DNA from: an uncultured Alphaproteobacteria bacterium
GTDB taxonomy: Bacteria > Pseudomonadota > Alphaproteobacteria > Rhizobiales > Hyphomicrobiaceae
Reading direction: 5' to 3'
Length of the DNA: 64,000 bases
NCBI GenBank assembly: GCA_963797005.1
Contig: CAWCOF010000012.1
Location: 1,863-65,862 of the forward strand
Shown one piece after another: positions 9,014-22,604 of the stretch (its first letter is position 1; every line of letters starts with the position of its first letter). Both the position numbers and the translations under genes were made by a program. The notes beneath the pieces were generated by a model. That model saw only the letters and a list, made by a program, of their open reading frames with translations. It was not told where the DNA came from and did not search any database.

Positions 9014-10524
9014 GAACGACCTGCATTGGACGGAGAATGTTTGGCGCAAACCCTAGCGCGCCTCGCTGGGCGCACCAGCGGAATTTGGTGTCGAATCGGT
9101 TCCAGGGCGCCTTCAGCAATGTTTCGACACAAATTCACGGCTGGCGGAATTGTGCGGAAACACAAGGTCGTAGCCGGGACACCAGCCTGGCTTAACTACT
9201 CCTGCATCACCTGATGCAGAGGACCGTTGAATGACCAAAGTAGAGGAGAACCGCACGCACGTCGATTTCGACGCCGTTCTGTCTGGCGCGACGTCGGCGC
9301 GATCCGGTGGAATTCCGCGAGGCGTGCTCAAGTGGTCCGCGGCTGCGGCGGTCGCTGGATTGGCCCTCTGGGCCGCACTATCGCTGCGCGCCGGTTCCGG
9401 CGACACCCGCTACGCCACGGACGAGGCCACGCGCGGCAATCTGGTGGTCACCGTGACGGCGACAGGCTCGGTGCAGCCGACCAACAAGGTCGACGTGTCG
9501 AGCGAGCTGTCCGGCATCGTGCGCAAGGTGCTAGGTCGACTACAACTCGCCGGTCAAGGCCGGCGAGGTGCTGGCCGAGCTCGACACCGACAAGCTCAAG
9601 GCGACCGTCGACAGCTCGCGCGCCAAGCTCAACGCCGCCAAGGCCAAGGTGGCCGAGGCCGAGGCGACCGTCGTCGAGAAGGAGCACGACTACAACCGCA
9701 AGAGCGGCGCTCGTCGAGAAGCAGATCACCTCGATCGTTCGATTTCGAGGCGGCAAAGGCGGCCTTCGACCGCGCCGTCGCCGCGCTGCGAGAGCGCACG
9801 CGCCGACGTCGGTGTCGCCGAGGCCGATCTTGCGCTCAACGAGACCAACCTCGCCAAGGCCTCGATCCACTTCGCCGATCGGCGGCGTCGTGCTGACCCG
9901 CAACGTCGAGCCCGGCGCAGACGGTGGCATCGACCCTCCAGGCCCCGGTGCTGTTCTCCATCGCCGAGGACCTGAAGCAGATGGAGATCCAGGTCGACGT
10001 CGACGAGGCCGACGTCGGCAAGGTCAGGGAAGGCCAGAAGGCCACCTTCACCGTCGATGCCTATCCCGACCGGAAGTTCCGGGCCGACGATCCGCCAGCT
10101 CCGCTTCGGCTCGGAGACCGTGTAGGGCGTCGTCACCTACAAGGCCGTGCTCACGACCGACAACTCCGAGCTGCTGCTGCGGCCGGGCATGACGGCGACC
10201 GCGGAGATCACGGTCGCAGCACATCGACGACGCGCTGCTCGTCGCCAACGCGGCGCTGCGCTTCACGCCGCCGAGCGACGCCGACGGCGCCGACAAGCGG
10301 CGGCCTGCTGAGCAAGCTGCTGCCGGGCCCGCCGCCGTTTCGGCCGGCCAGCAGCAAGCAGGAGAGCGGGCCCAACCGCACCGTTTGGGTGCTGCGCGAC
10401 GGCGCGCCGGCCGCCGTCGGACGTGGTCGTCGGCGCCACCGACGGCAAGCGCACCGAGATCGTCAAGGGCGACCTGAAGCCCGGCGCCCCGGTCATTGTC
10501 GATACGATCCAACGCGGCCAAGCG

Positions 10525-12498
<1,974 letters not shown>

Positions 12499-12646
12499 CG
12501 CTGAACGCGACACGCACGCTTCTGCTTCAAGCCGAGAAGCTCTCGTCCACGAAGCCGCGGCCAAGCCGGCGGCCTGCTCGACTTGTGCCGAGCTGGGGTG
12601 CGCCGGCGCGGAGCCGTAACGCGCCATCCCGCCGTCTGCCTCCGGG

Positions 12647-13834
12647 TTACCGATTGAAGACGGCGGTGATGCGGCCTTCCTTCACGTCCTGTTCGCCCAG
12701 TCGCAGCTGGTCGGCCCGGCGCGACAGCCACCATCCGTACTGCGGCGGCCACAACGCCCAGTCGGGGTCGCCGCCCAGCTCTTGCACCGCGTGCAGGGCC
12801 CAGTGCGGGTTGCGCAACGCCTCACGCGCGATGCAGATGAGGTCGGCGCGGCCTTCGCGCAGGATGCCCTCCGCCTGTTGGCCCGTCATGATCAGCCCGA
12901 CGGCCATCGCAGGCACGCTCACCTCACGGCGCACGCGATCGGCAAACGGCACCTGAAAGCCCAGAATGCGCGACAGGACACGCGCGGTCGGCGACAGGCC
13001 GATGCCACGCGAGGAGCAGTCGATGAGATCGACGCCCCTGGCAACCAGTTCCGTCGAGAGCGCCACGGTGTCCTCGATGCTCCAGCCGCCCTCGTCGCCG
13101 TCGATGCACGACAGACGCACAAACAACGGCTTGTCGGCCGGCCATTCGGCCCGTACGGCCTCGGCCACCTCGAGGATGAGCCGCATGCGGTTGAGGCGCG
13201 AGCCGCCGTAGGCATCGGTGCGATCGTTGCCGAGCGGCGAGTAGAAGGAGTGCAGCAGGTAGCCATGGGCACCATGAATATCGAGAATATCGAAGCCCGC
13301 CGCAGCGCAGCGCCGTGCACCGTCCGCAAACGCCTGGACCAGGCCCTTGATCTCTCCGATGGTCAGCTCGCGCGGGGCGTGCCACCCCTGCACACGCGGA
13401 TCGGGCGAGGGAGCAACCGGCTGCCAGGGCGGCTCTCCAAGCCCGGCCTCCGCTTCCCCGAGCGGCCCTATCCTTCCCAGGGCCGTTGGCGCGACGCCTT
13501 GGGGCCGCAATGACGAGCTGCGTGGCCGGCGTAACGCCGAGTGAACGCAGTAGGTCGGCGATCTTCTTCAGCGGGGCGATGAAGTCGTCCGACCAGATGC
13601 CGAGATCGCCATGGGTGTTGCGCCCCTCCGGACTGACGATCAGCGCTTCCGTGAAGACCGTGCCGAACCCGCCCAGCGCATACTTGGCCAGATGATGATG
13701 ATGCCATTCCGTCGGGAAGCCGTCCTTGCCCGTATAGACCTGCATCGGCGCCAGCACCATGCGGTTCTTGAGCTCCACGCTGCGGCAGCGCCAGGGCTCG
13801 AGGAGGTGCAGATCGGGGGTCTTGCGTCGGTCAT
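12647..13834 (-). pseudogene. NADH:flavin oxidoreductase, Old Yellow Enzyme family, at least 3 frame switches
   Basis: The start MTDARPP (ATG 13834, RBS GAGGTAAAG) shifts at a G5/C5 run (13815-13819). The sequence then reads DLHLLEPWRCRSVELKNRMVLAPMQVYTGKDGFPTEWHHHHLAKYALGGFGTVFTEALIVSPEGR, then HCGPKAS in a third frame, then APRELTIGEIKGLVQAFADGARRCAAAGFDILDIHGAHGYLLHSFYSPLGNDRTDAYGGS...[16 protein letters not shown]. Confidence 0.8.
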
Positions 13835-13879
13835 GGGCTTTACCTCATTCCTGCTCATGGGTTTTCAGCCGCTGTGCTT

Positions 13880-15565
13880 TCAGGCGCGGCGATAGAGAAG
13901 ATCGGCCTGGCTTGCGCTTACTTTTCCGTTGGCGACATCGGCCTGCACCCGCGCCGGGTCCCGGCTTGCGGGAATGCCCCAGCCGCCGCCGCCTGCCGTT
14001 TCGACGATGACGCGGTCGGCGGGCGGAGCGTCGTGACCAGCTTGGAAGGGATCGTCTCGACGCGGCCACCGGCGCGATGGATCTCGGCATGCGCCTTGCC
14101 GCCTTCGCCACCGCCGTGCGCCGCCCGCGGCGAAGAAATGCCGTTCGCCGCGGTAAGTGAAGGCGACCTCGCCCTCCAGCACCTCGTACTCGCGCACGCC
14201 GAGGCCGCCGCGGTGCGGCCGGCGCCGCCGGAATCCATGCGCAGCGCCAGGCGATGGACGCGGATCGGCGTGTCGCAGCTCCATCGCCTCGACCGGCAGG
14301 TTCATGCAGTTGGTGGCGTCGGTCTCGATGACGTCGACGCCGTCGCAGTGCGGGCCCGGCGCCGCTGCCGCCGGCGATCAGCTCGCCGGTGACGAACGCC
14401 GCGCCGTCGCGGACGGCGGCCGCCGAAGGCATGAAGCCAGCAGCTCGCCTGCGGCGTCGGCCGGCACGCGCTCGGGCAGCGCCTCGCAAGCGCGCCGAGG
14501 ATGCAGCCGGTGATGCGCTTGATGGTGGCGGTGCGCGCATTGACCGGCGCCGGCTCGCGCGGATTGACGAGCTGCCCTCCGGCAGATGCAGCGTGATCGG
14601 GCGGAAGCAGCCGCCATTGGTCGGGATGATCGTCGGGTCGGTGACGGCGCGCACGGCGAAACAGGCGGCGGCGAGGCGCCCGACGGCACGCAGTTGAAGG
14701 GCCCGCGCACCTGCGGGCTGACGTGCCGGTGAAGTCGCAGTGCATCGCGCCGTCCGTCGATGGTGACGGCCACCTCGATGCGGATGCGCTTGTCGAGCTC
14801 GATGCCGTCGTTGTCGAGGTAGTCGACGTAGCTGTAGGTGCCCTCGCGGGAGCGCGCGCAGCGCCTGCGCGCGTCATCGTCTCCGAGCGGTCGAGAAGCT
14901 CGTCGAAGATGGCCAGCAACTGGTTGTCGCCAAGCTGCTCGGCGAGCTCGCCCAGCCGCGCGCGCGCCGACGTGCAGGCGGCGACCTGGGCGTTGAGGTC
15001 GCCCATCGAACGTGTCGGGGATGCGCATGTTGCGGCCGGATCATGGCGATCAGGGTCTCATTGAACGCGTCGCCGCGTCGCGGAACTTGAGCGGCGGCAG
15101 GCGGAGGCCCTCCTGAAAGATCTCGGTCGCGTTGGTCGGCATCGAGCCCGGCGACATGCCGCCGACGTCCTGGTGATGCGTCATCGTGGCGGCTGAGCGC
15201 GATCAGCCGGCCGTCGGCGAACGACCGGCATCACCAGCGCGATGTCCGGCAGATGCGTGCCGCCGAGATAGGGGTCGTTCATGATGTAGATGTCGCCCTC
15301 GCTGCATGGCGTCGAGCGGGAACGTCTCGAGGAGCTTGCGCGACCATCGGGATCAGCGTCGCCGAGATGGATCGGGATCGCGCAGGCCTGCGCCAGCGTC
15401 TCGCCGTCGAGCGTGAACAGGCTGGCCGAGGCGTCGAGCCCCTCCTTGACGATCGGCGAGAAGGAGCTGCGCAGCAGCGTCTGCTGCATCTCGTTGGCGA
15501 TGCCGTCGAGCTTGTTGCGGACGCACCTCGAGGGTGATCGGATCCTGAGCTGCGGGGGTCGGCAT
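13880..15565 (-). pseudogene. hyuB: Hydantoinase B/oxoprolinase-family subunit (copy 1), very many frame switches
   Basis: The start MPTPAAQDPITLEV is an ATG at 15565. Recognisable blocks lie in alternating frames: RNKLDGIANEMQQTLLRSSFSPIVKEGLDASASLFTLDGETLAQACAIPIHLG / LIPMV / RKLLETFPLDAMQ / GDIYIMNDPYLGGTHLPDIALVMPV / HHQDVGGMSPGSMPTNATEIFQEGLRLPPLKF / AVTDPTIIPTNGGCFRPITLHLPEGS / NCMNLPVEAMEL / ...GGGGWGIPASRDPARVQADVANGKVSASQADLLYRRA* (stop at 13880). Confidence 0.8.
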
Positions 15566-15575
15566 GTCTGCAGCC

Positions 15576-17651
15576 TCAGGTCGTGTCAGAGCAAGGTTGC
15601 CGCCGGTCGGCACGGTGCGCGGACCAGCCGGGCTCGACCAGCGTCGTGGTGTCGGCCTGCTCCACGATCGCCGGGCCGGTGAAGGCGGCGCCGGCCGGCG
15701 ATCGCGCGCGCGCTCGTAGATCGCCGGCCTCGACGGGCTGCGCCGCGCGCCGGCGACACAGGATGCGCGCGCGTCCCTTGCGCGGCATCGGCAGCCACCG
15801 GCTCGCATGCGCGCCTCGTCCAGATGATCGGTGCCGCCGGCGCCGAGTGGACGGTGCGCAGGTTGACGATGCGCGCCGGTGTGCGCGTCGCGTGGCCGTA
15901 GATACGCGATCGTGCGCGGCGAGGAAATCCGCGGTAGAGCCGCTTGCAGCGGGTCGGCGGTCGGCCAGGTCGCAGCGGCACCTCGAGATGGTAGGACTGG
16001 CCGATCGTAGCAGACGTCGGCGAAGTAGCTGCACCGTGACGTCGGCGCGCCGACGCTCTCCTGCGCCATCAGCGCCGCGCAGCGGCCGATCCAGCTCTCC
16101 AGGAGCGCGGCGCAGATCCGCCAGCGACAGTGCCGTCGAGCGGCCGGGGGAAGGCGGCCGCGACCTCGTGCTCGATCGGCGCGGCGAGCAGGCCCGGCCG
16201 CCGACAGCACGCCGGGATGGCGCGGGACAGCGATGCGCGCGATGCCGAGCTCGTCGGCCAGCGCGGTGGCATGCATCGCGCCGCCGCCGCCCAGCGGCAC
16301 CAGGGTGAACGGCGCGGATCGAGGCCCTGGCGGATCGAGACGAGGCGGATGCCCTCCGCCATCTGCGCGTTGACGACGCGGTGGATGCCGAGCGCGGCCT
16401 CCTCCAGCGTCATGCCGAGCGGCCGGGCGACCTTCGCTCGAATCGCCTCGCGCGCCAGCGCGGGCTCTCAGCGGCAAGGTGCCGCCGGCGAAGTAGGCCG
16501 GGATCGAGTAGCCGAGCACGACGGAGGCATCGGTGACGGTCGGTTCCTCGCCGCCGCGGCCGTAGCAGGCCGGTCCCGGCTCGGAGCCGGCCGAGTGCGG
16601 GCCGACGCGCAGGCCGCCGGCGCGCGTCGATCCAGGCGATCGCTGCCGCCGCCGGCGCCGATCGCGTTGACGTCGACCATCGGCACGCGCACCGGATAGC
16701 CGGCGACGAGGCCCTCGGCGCGGATCAACGGCTTGCCGCCCTCGACCAGGGCGATGTCGCCGACGGTGCCGCCGATATCGACGGTGATGAGGTCTGCGAC
16801 AGCCCGCGGCGCTGCCGACGATGCGCGCCGCCGATCACGCCCGCGGCGGGCCCGGAGAGGAACAGCCGCACCGGGCGCCGCGCGCGAACGGCGGCCGAGC
16901 CAACGCCGCCGCGCGACTGCATGACCTGCAGCGGCGCCGAGACGCCGGCGGCGCGCCAGCCCGACCTCGAGGTTTGCCAGATAGCGGTCGACCACGGGCT
17001 TCATATAGGCGTCGAACGCGGTGACGACGGTGCGCTCGTACTCGCGGAAGGCCGGGTCGACCTCGCTGGACAGCGACACGTAGAGCTCGGGATGAGCGGA
17101 CGCGATGATCTCGCGCAGCGCGCCGCTCGTGCGCGGGGTTGAGGAAGGAGAACAGGAAGCAGATCGCGATCGCCTCGCGCCCCGGCCTCGACCAGTTCGG
17201 CTGCCGCGGCTGCCTGACCGAGGTTTCGTCGAGCGCATCGATCACGCCGCCGTCTGGCGCCGAAACGCGCTCGTGTGACCTCCTTGCGCATCGCGCCGGG
17301 CGCGAGGAACACCGGCGTCTCCGGCTGCAGCACCAGCGTCGTACATCTGCTGGCGCATCTGGCGGCCGATCTCGAGCACGTCGCTGAAGCCGCGCGTCGT
17401 GATGAGGCCGATCTTCGGCGCCGCTGCCGCTCGAGCACGGCATTGGTCGCCACGGTCGTGCCGTGCACGAAGCGCGTGATGCGATCGGCCGGGATGTCCC
17501 ATTTCTCGGCCATCTGCCGGATCGCCGAGATGATCGCCCGGCTCGGGTCCTTGCGCGTCGTCGGCACCTTCATCGCCAACACCGGACGGCCGGCTGCCCG
17601 ACAGACCACATCGGTGAAGGTGCCACCAACGTCGACGCCGATTTCGATCAT
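15576..17651 (-). pseudogene. hyuA: Hydantoinase A/oxoprolinase-family subunit (copy 1), many frame switches
   Basis: The ATG at 17651 opens MIEIGVDVGGTFTDVVCRAAGRPVLAMKVPTTRKDPSRAIISAIRQMAEKWDIPADRITRFVHGTTVATNAVLER. Later blocks in other frames: IGLITTRGFSDVLEIGRQMR, IAICFLFSFLNPAHERRA, ELYVSLSSEVDPAFREYERTVVTAFDAYMKPVVDRYL, DLITVDIGGTVGDIALV, GPAIVEQADTTTLVEPGWSA. The 3' boundary is approximate. Confidence 0.8.
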
Positions 17652-17854
17652 GCGGCAAGACCCTCGCGGCGCGGTGCCCAGGCCGCAAGGACCAGTTCCC
17701 TGTCAGCACGCCAGCTGCAACAGACGATTCCTAGCGCCGCAATATTTTTATTGTCAATGCAATTGTGGGCCATGAATTTAATCATAACTGCAAGTACGCC
17801 CCCCGCAGTCATCTCGGCAGAGCCGGCATCACAGACGACCTGGGGCGACGCCCG

Positions 17855-18445
17855 TCAGTAGATCGGCGGCGTCGTGGTCCAAACCACGCGCGTGACCGTC
17901 GAACCCGGGTTGGAGATGAAGTGGGGATGGGTGCTGTCGAAGGCGAAGCTGTCGCCTTCCCAAAGGGAATAGGTGCGGCCGTCGAGGATCAGCTCGAGCG
18001 CACCGACCAGCACAATTCCGCATTTTTCGCCGGTACCCTCGTTCGGCTCGGGCCCGGTCGACGCCTTGGGCTCGAGCGTGATCAGGAACATCTGCAGCTT
18101 CTCGGAGCCGGAGGGCGTCAACAGCTCCTTGAGCACGCCGGCTTTCGTCAGCGTGAGCCGCCGCCGATGCGCAGCCCGTACGATCAGGTCGCTGTCCTTC
18201 TGGAACCCCGGCTCGTCGGCATGGAAGAACCAGGACACGGGCACGTCGAGCGCCTTGCTCAGCTGGCGCAGCGAGCGGATCGAGGGAGAAACGATGCCCC
18301 GCTCGATCTGGCTCACAAGCCCGGTCGACACGCCGGCACGCCTAGCCACCTCCTCCAGCGACAATCCGCGCGTCTTGCGCACGCGGCGCATCTCGCGGCC
18401 GAGATCGGCATCGGCTTCGCCTTCCAGCGGTGTACCGTCTTGCAC
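17855..18445 (-). CDS. XRE-family HTH plus cupin-domain transcriptional regulator
   Basis: This is ORF 17855..18493 trimmed to the in-frame GTG at 18445, which is preceded by GGAGGAAACAAACAA. The HTH is LGREMRRVRKTRGLSLEEVARRAGVSTGLVSQIERGIVSPSIRSLRQLSKAL. The C-terminal cupin region reads ...GEKCGIVLVGALELILDGRTYSLWEGDSFAFDSTHPHFISNPG. The reading frame is intact. Confidence 0.75.
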   Translation of the reverse strand: MQDGTPLEGEADADLGREMRRVRKTRGLSLEEVARRAGVSTGLVSQIERGIVSPSIRSLRQLSKALDVPVSWFFHADEPGFQKDSDLIVRAAHRRRLTLTKAGVLKELLTPSGSEKLQMFLITLEPKASTGPEPNEGTGEKCGIVLVGALELILDGRTYSLWEGDSFAFDSTHPHFISNPGSTVTRVVWTTTPPIY

Positions 18446-18474
18446 TTGTTTGTTTCCTCCGGTGTTGCGGCACA

Positions 18475-18487
18475 CTGCATATTGCAG
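18475..18487. promoter_or_regulatory. Candidate operator: inverted repeat CTGCA-TAT-TGCAG in the divergent regulator/ABC promoter region
   Basis: Perfect 5-bp arms are separated by 3 nt. The site sits in an AT-rich patch (ctgcatattgcagtgacactataattatcc) between the regulator start (18445, -) and the SBP start (18645, +). It rests on sequence symmetry and position only. Confidence 0.2.
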
Positions 18488-18644
18488 TGACACTATAATT
18501 ATCCTATCATATCCATCAGGGACGCCACAGATTTAGCAGTCTTCTTGAAAATTCCTAACATTGGGGCGGAACGGGCGAGGTGGCAAGGCTCTCTGCAGAC
18601 CTCGCGAAGATGGCTTTCCATGGTGGCTGACGGAGGTTGATGTG

Positions 18645-19670
18645 ATGCGCTGGTTGACGAGCATCTGGAGGTTGGCGGCGGTGCTGGGTTGTTGCACCCT
18701 CGCTTCGGCGGCGCAGGCTGAGGATCCGCTCGTCGTTTCCTCCTACGGCGGGGTCTGGAAGCAGTCGGTCGAGAAGAATTTCGGCGCCTGCTACACGCAG
18801 CGCACCGGCAACAAGATCGCGGTCCAGACTGGCAAGTCCGCCGATTGGCTCAATCGCATCCGCGCCAATCCCAAGACGCCGCCGATCGACGTCGTCACCA
18901 TGGCGCAGGCCGACACCATGCGTGCCATCAAGGATGGTCTGATCGAAGACCTCGACCCCGCCAAGATCCCCAGCCTCAAGGATATACCGGCGCGCTTCTA
19001 CAAGCCCTGGGGGGGCAAGGCGGCCATCGACATCCACGTCGGCGCACTGGGCATCATGTACAACAAGGAGAAGGTGCCAAACCCGCCGGCAGACTGGAAG
19101 AGCCTGATCGAGGAGATCATCGCCGGCAAGTACGGCAAGCGCGTTGCGTGGCCGTCCGGGACCTACAGCTGGGGACCGGACATGATCTGGTTCATGAGCC
19201 AGCTCTACGGTGGCAGCATCGATCAAGCGTTCGCCAAGCTCAAGGCCATGTCACCCCACATCGCCAAGTTCTGGACCAGCCCCGTCGAGGTGCTGAACAG
19301 CTTTGGCGCCAAGCAGGTCGACATCGTGATGTATTGGGACGGACGCGCCTATGCCTTCATTGACAAGGGCAACCCATGGGTCGGCTACTACAATCCCAAG
19401 CCGGGTGCGCTGGGCGTGACCGTCGCCGTCGCCAAGGTGAAGAACTCACCGGCCTCGGCGTGGACCTACATGGACTGCGCGCTCAGCGCCGATGTGCAGC
19501 TCGCGCACGCCAAGACGTTGCGCTATGCGGTGACCAACTCCAAGGTCGTGTACCCCGACGAGCTGAAAGACAAGGTCGCCAAGGTCGACGATCTCATTCT
19601 GCTGCCCTACCCCAAGGAAATCGACAAGTTCCCGGGCTGGGTCGAGCGCTGGAACAAGGAGATGCGCTAG
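18645..19670 (+). CDS. ABC transporter periplasmic substrate-binding protein (PotD/PotF-like, family 1)
   Basis: The ATG at 18645 follows GACGGAGGTTGATGTG. The signal peptide is MRWLTSIWRLAAVLGCCTLASAAQA, and the mature part reads EDPLVVSSYGGVWKQSVEKNF... The frame is intact. The gene heads a permease-permease-ATPase set. Confidence 0.85.
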   Translation: MRWLTSIWRLAAVLGCCTLASAAQAEDPLVVSSYGGVWKQSVEKNFGACYTQRTGNKIAVQTGKSADWLNRIRANPKTPPIDVVTMAQADTMRAIKDGLIEDLDPAKIPSLKDIPARFYKPWGGKAAIDIHVGALGIMYNKEKVPNPPADWKSLIEEIIAGKYGKRVAWPSGTYSWGPDMIWFMSQLYGGSIDQAFAKLKAMSPHIAKFWTSPVEVLNSFGAKQVDIVMYWDGRAYAFIDKGNPWVGYYNPKPGALGVTVAVAKVKNSPASAWTYMDCALSADVQLAHAKTLRYAVTNSKVVYPDELKDKVAKVDDLILLPYPKEIDKFPGWVERWNKEMR

Positions 19671-19703
19671 CCGAAAAAGCTGGCCGTCGCAGGAGACAGA
19701 TAG

Positions 19704-20583
19704 GTGCCGGAAGCCACCGTCCCGCTCGCTGAGACCGCCGCGGATGTGTCGCCCGGCGGTCGGCGGCGGAGGACACATTTGCCGGCAGCGCTCGTGCTCG
19801 CGCTGCCGGCTGTGCTGCTGCTGGCCGTGTTCTTCGTCGGGCCGCTGTTGGTCAATTGCAGGAGAGCCTCCGCTTCGGCCAAAGCTTCCCCACGTTCGGC
19901 CAATACTCGAAGTTCTTTACCGACGGCTACTACATCGAGGTGCTCCTCCACACCGTGCTTTTTGGATTGGGGGTCACCGTTCTGTGCATCCTGTTGGGCT
20001 ACCCGTTTGCCTATGCGCTCGTCGAGGCCGCGCCGCGCTGGAAGGTGATTCTTCTCTTTGTGATCGTTGCGCCGCTGTTGACCAACGTGGTGGTGCGTTC
20101 TTACGGCTGGATGATTCTGCTTGGCGGCACCGGGCTTATCAACACGCTGCTCAGTCGGCTCGGCTTCGAGCCGCTCGAGATCATGTACACGTGGACGGCC
20201 GTCACGCTGGCTATGGCGCACGTTCTGCTGCCGTTTGCGATCCTGTCGATCGCCAGCGTTCTGGAGACGCGCGACCGCGCTCTGGACGAGGCGGCCGCGA
20301 CGCTTGGCGCCGATCCCACGCGCGTGTTTCGCGAGATCATCCTTCCGCTCAGCATGGAAGGCGTGATACCGGCGCGATCTTGGTGTTCACGCTGGCCGTC
20401 GGCAGCTTCGTGACCGTGCTGCTGCTGGGCAAGACGAGCACGATGGTGGTCGCCGTGCTCATCTATCAGCAGCTCACCGTCGTATCGAACTGGAGCTTCG
20501 GCGCGGCAATGGGCATCATCCTGCTTGCAATCGTGCTGGCAAGTCTCGCCGTTCAAGGGCGTCTCAGGCGCGCAAGGAATTGA
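19704..20583 (+). pseudogene. ABC transporter permease (PotB-like), 2 frameshifts as assembled
   Basis: The GTG at 19704 follows AGGAGACAGATAG. The pieces are ...LPAALVLALPAVLLLAVFFVGPLLV / LQESLRFGQSFPTFGQYSKFF...VIVAPLLTNVVVRSYGWMILLG...RALDEAAATLGADPTRVFREIILPLSMEGVI / GAILVFTLAVGSFVTVLLLGK...* The shifts are at ~19855 (aattg, probably a lost T) and ~20375. Confidence 0.8.
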
Positions 20584-20587
20584 GCCG

Positions 20588-21384
20588 ATGGGGGCACTCC
20601 GACCATGGCTGCACGCCTACGTGATCATCATGACGGTCTTCATCTTGGCGCCGCTGGTCGTGGTGGTGATTGCAGCATTCAACAGCGCGGAATTCCCCAT
20701 CTTCCCACCGCCGGGTCTGTCCCTACGTTGGATCACGAAGGCGGTGACCGACCCTGAGTTCATCAAGCCGTTGTGGAACAGCGTGGTGCTCGGGCTTTGT
20801 GCCACGCTCGGAACGGCCCTGGCCTCGGTGCCGGCGGCGATTGTGCTGGCGCGCCACGCCTTCCCGCTCAAGAGCGAGTTCGAGGCCTTCCTGCTGTCTC
20901 CACTCACGCTGCCGCAGATCGTTCTGGCGACGGGGCTGCTGTTCTTTGTGAGCAGCATCGGGCTGCGGCGGCAGCTTCGCCGGCTTGCTAGCCGGACACA
21001 TGGTGATCACCATGCCCTACATGCTGCGAACGGTTTATGGTGTCTATGCCGGAAACAATGGCGAGGTACCAGGAAGCGGCGGCCGTGTTGGGGGCGGGAC
21101 CCATCCGTACGTTCTTCGCGGTCACGCTCCCGATGCTGAAGCCGGGCATACTGGCTGGTGGCATTTTTGCCTTTTTGATCTCCTTCGACGAGGTGCCGAT
21201 CGCGCTCCTTCTCACCAACACAACCAACGTTACCCTACCCGTTTCGATCCTGAGCTACCTGATCTACAATTACGATCCCACGGTAGCTGCCATCTCGGCC
21301 ATCCAGATCGCCATCGTGGTCCTGCTGCTCATCGTCCTCGACCGCGCGTTCGGACTGAAGGCTCTCATGTTCAGTGCGCGATGA
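20588..21384 (+). pseudogene. ABC transporter permease (PotC-like), 2 frameshifts as assembled
   Basis: The pieces are MGALRPWLHAYVIIMTVFILAPLVVVVIAAFNSAEFPIFPPPGLSLRW...LLSPLTLPQIVLATGLLFFVSSIG / LAGHMVITMPYMLRTVYGVYAG / ARYQEAAAVLGAGPIRTFFAVTLPMLKPGILAGGIFAFLISFDEVPIALLL...* The shifts are at ~20965 and ~21050. Confidence 0.8.
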
Positions 21385-22528
21385 CGACGGTACGGCCCAT
21401 GGATGCAACCCTTCCTGCAGAGGTGGACGCCAGGCAACCGGCGCGGGTCGACATACTGGGGGTGCGCAAGAGCTATGGATCGCACGTCGCGCTGGAGAAC
21501 CTCGACCTCCAGATCGCACCGGGCGAATTCCTGGCCCTTCTCGGCCCGTCGGGCTGCGGCAAGACCACGCTCCTGCGCTGCATTGCCGGGCTCGTGAAGC
21601 CGGATGCCGGGGACATTCGCGTAGACGGCCAGTCGCTGGTATCGCTGCCGCCTTACAAGCGCAAACTCGGGATGGTGTTCCAGAGCTACGCACTTTTCCC
21701 GCATATGACCGTCGAGCAGAACATCGCGTTCGGGCTGAGGGAACGCGGCACGCCCGCAGGAAAGGCGCGCGTGCAGAGCGCGCTGGAGCTCGTGCGCATG
21801 CAGGGCTACGGCAGCCACATGCCGCGCCAGATCTCCGGCGGCCAGCAGCAGCGGATCGCGCTAGCGCGGGCGCTCATCACCTCGCCGCGCATTCTCCTTC
21901 TGGACGAGCCGCTTGCAGCGCTCGACGCGAAGCTGCGCAAATCGATGCAAGTGGAGCTGAGACAACTGCAGCGACGTCTGCGGATCACGACGATCTTCGT
22001 AACTCACGACCAGAGAGAAGCGCTGACCATGTCGGACCGCGTCGCGGTCATGCACCAGGGACGTATAGAACAATGCACTACGCCCGAGGAGATCTATGCC
22101 CGGCCGTCTACCGCCGCCGTGGCCAACTTCATCGGCCAGACCAGCCAGATCCCGGCCACCGTGATGGCCGACGGGGTGATCACCTCGTGCTGCGCGCGGA
22201 CGGGCGCGCCGCTTCCTTCGCGGCTCCCCGCCGTGGATCGATTGCCCTGCAGACACGGGTGCTGGTGATGATCCGGCCCGAGCATGTCGTGTTCGTGCCC
22301 GGTGCGTTGGGAAACGGCCCGGCGTCGGGTGAGCCCGGGATGCTGCGGCTCGAGGGCGAAGTGACCGATGATGTGTTCATCGGCGAGCATCGGCTGCTCC
22401 ACGTCGCCACCGAGGCAGGGCAAATCATCGCCGGCAACCGGCCAGATGCCGGTGGGGCTAGATTGGCGCCCGGCACGGCCGGCGTCGTGCAGTGCAGGCT
22501 CGCCGACATGATGGTGTTTGCCATGTAA
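21381..22528 (+). pseudogene. ABC transporter ATP-binding protein (PotA-like), 1 frameshift as assembled
   Basis: The ATG at 21381 overlaps the permease stop (ATGA). Walker A is LLGPSGCGKTT, the signature ISGGQQQRIALARAL and Walker B ILLLDEPLAALD. The C-terminal TOBE-like part continues in another frame (HLVLRADGRAASFAAP...VMIRPEHVVF...RLADMMVFAM*). The shift is at a G4 run, 22173-22176. Confidence 0.85.
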
Positions 22529-22604
22529 CCGCAGCCGGTGCATTTCCCCGTTGCCGCACGATGTGCGCCGCAATGCAGTCCGCTTACGGGACGACGATCC
22601 TTCC

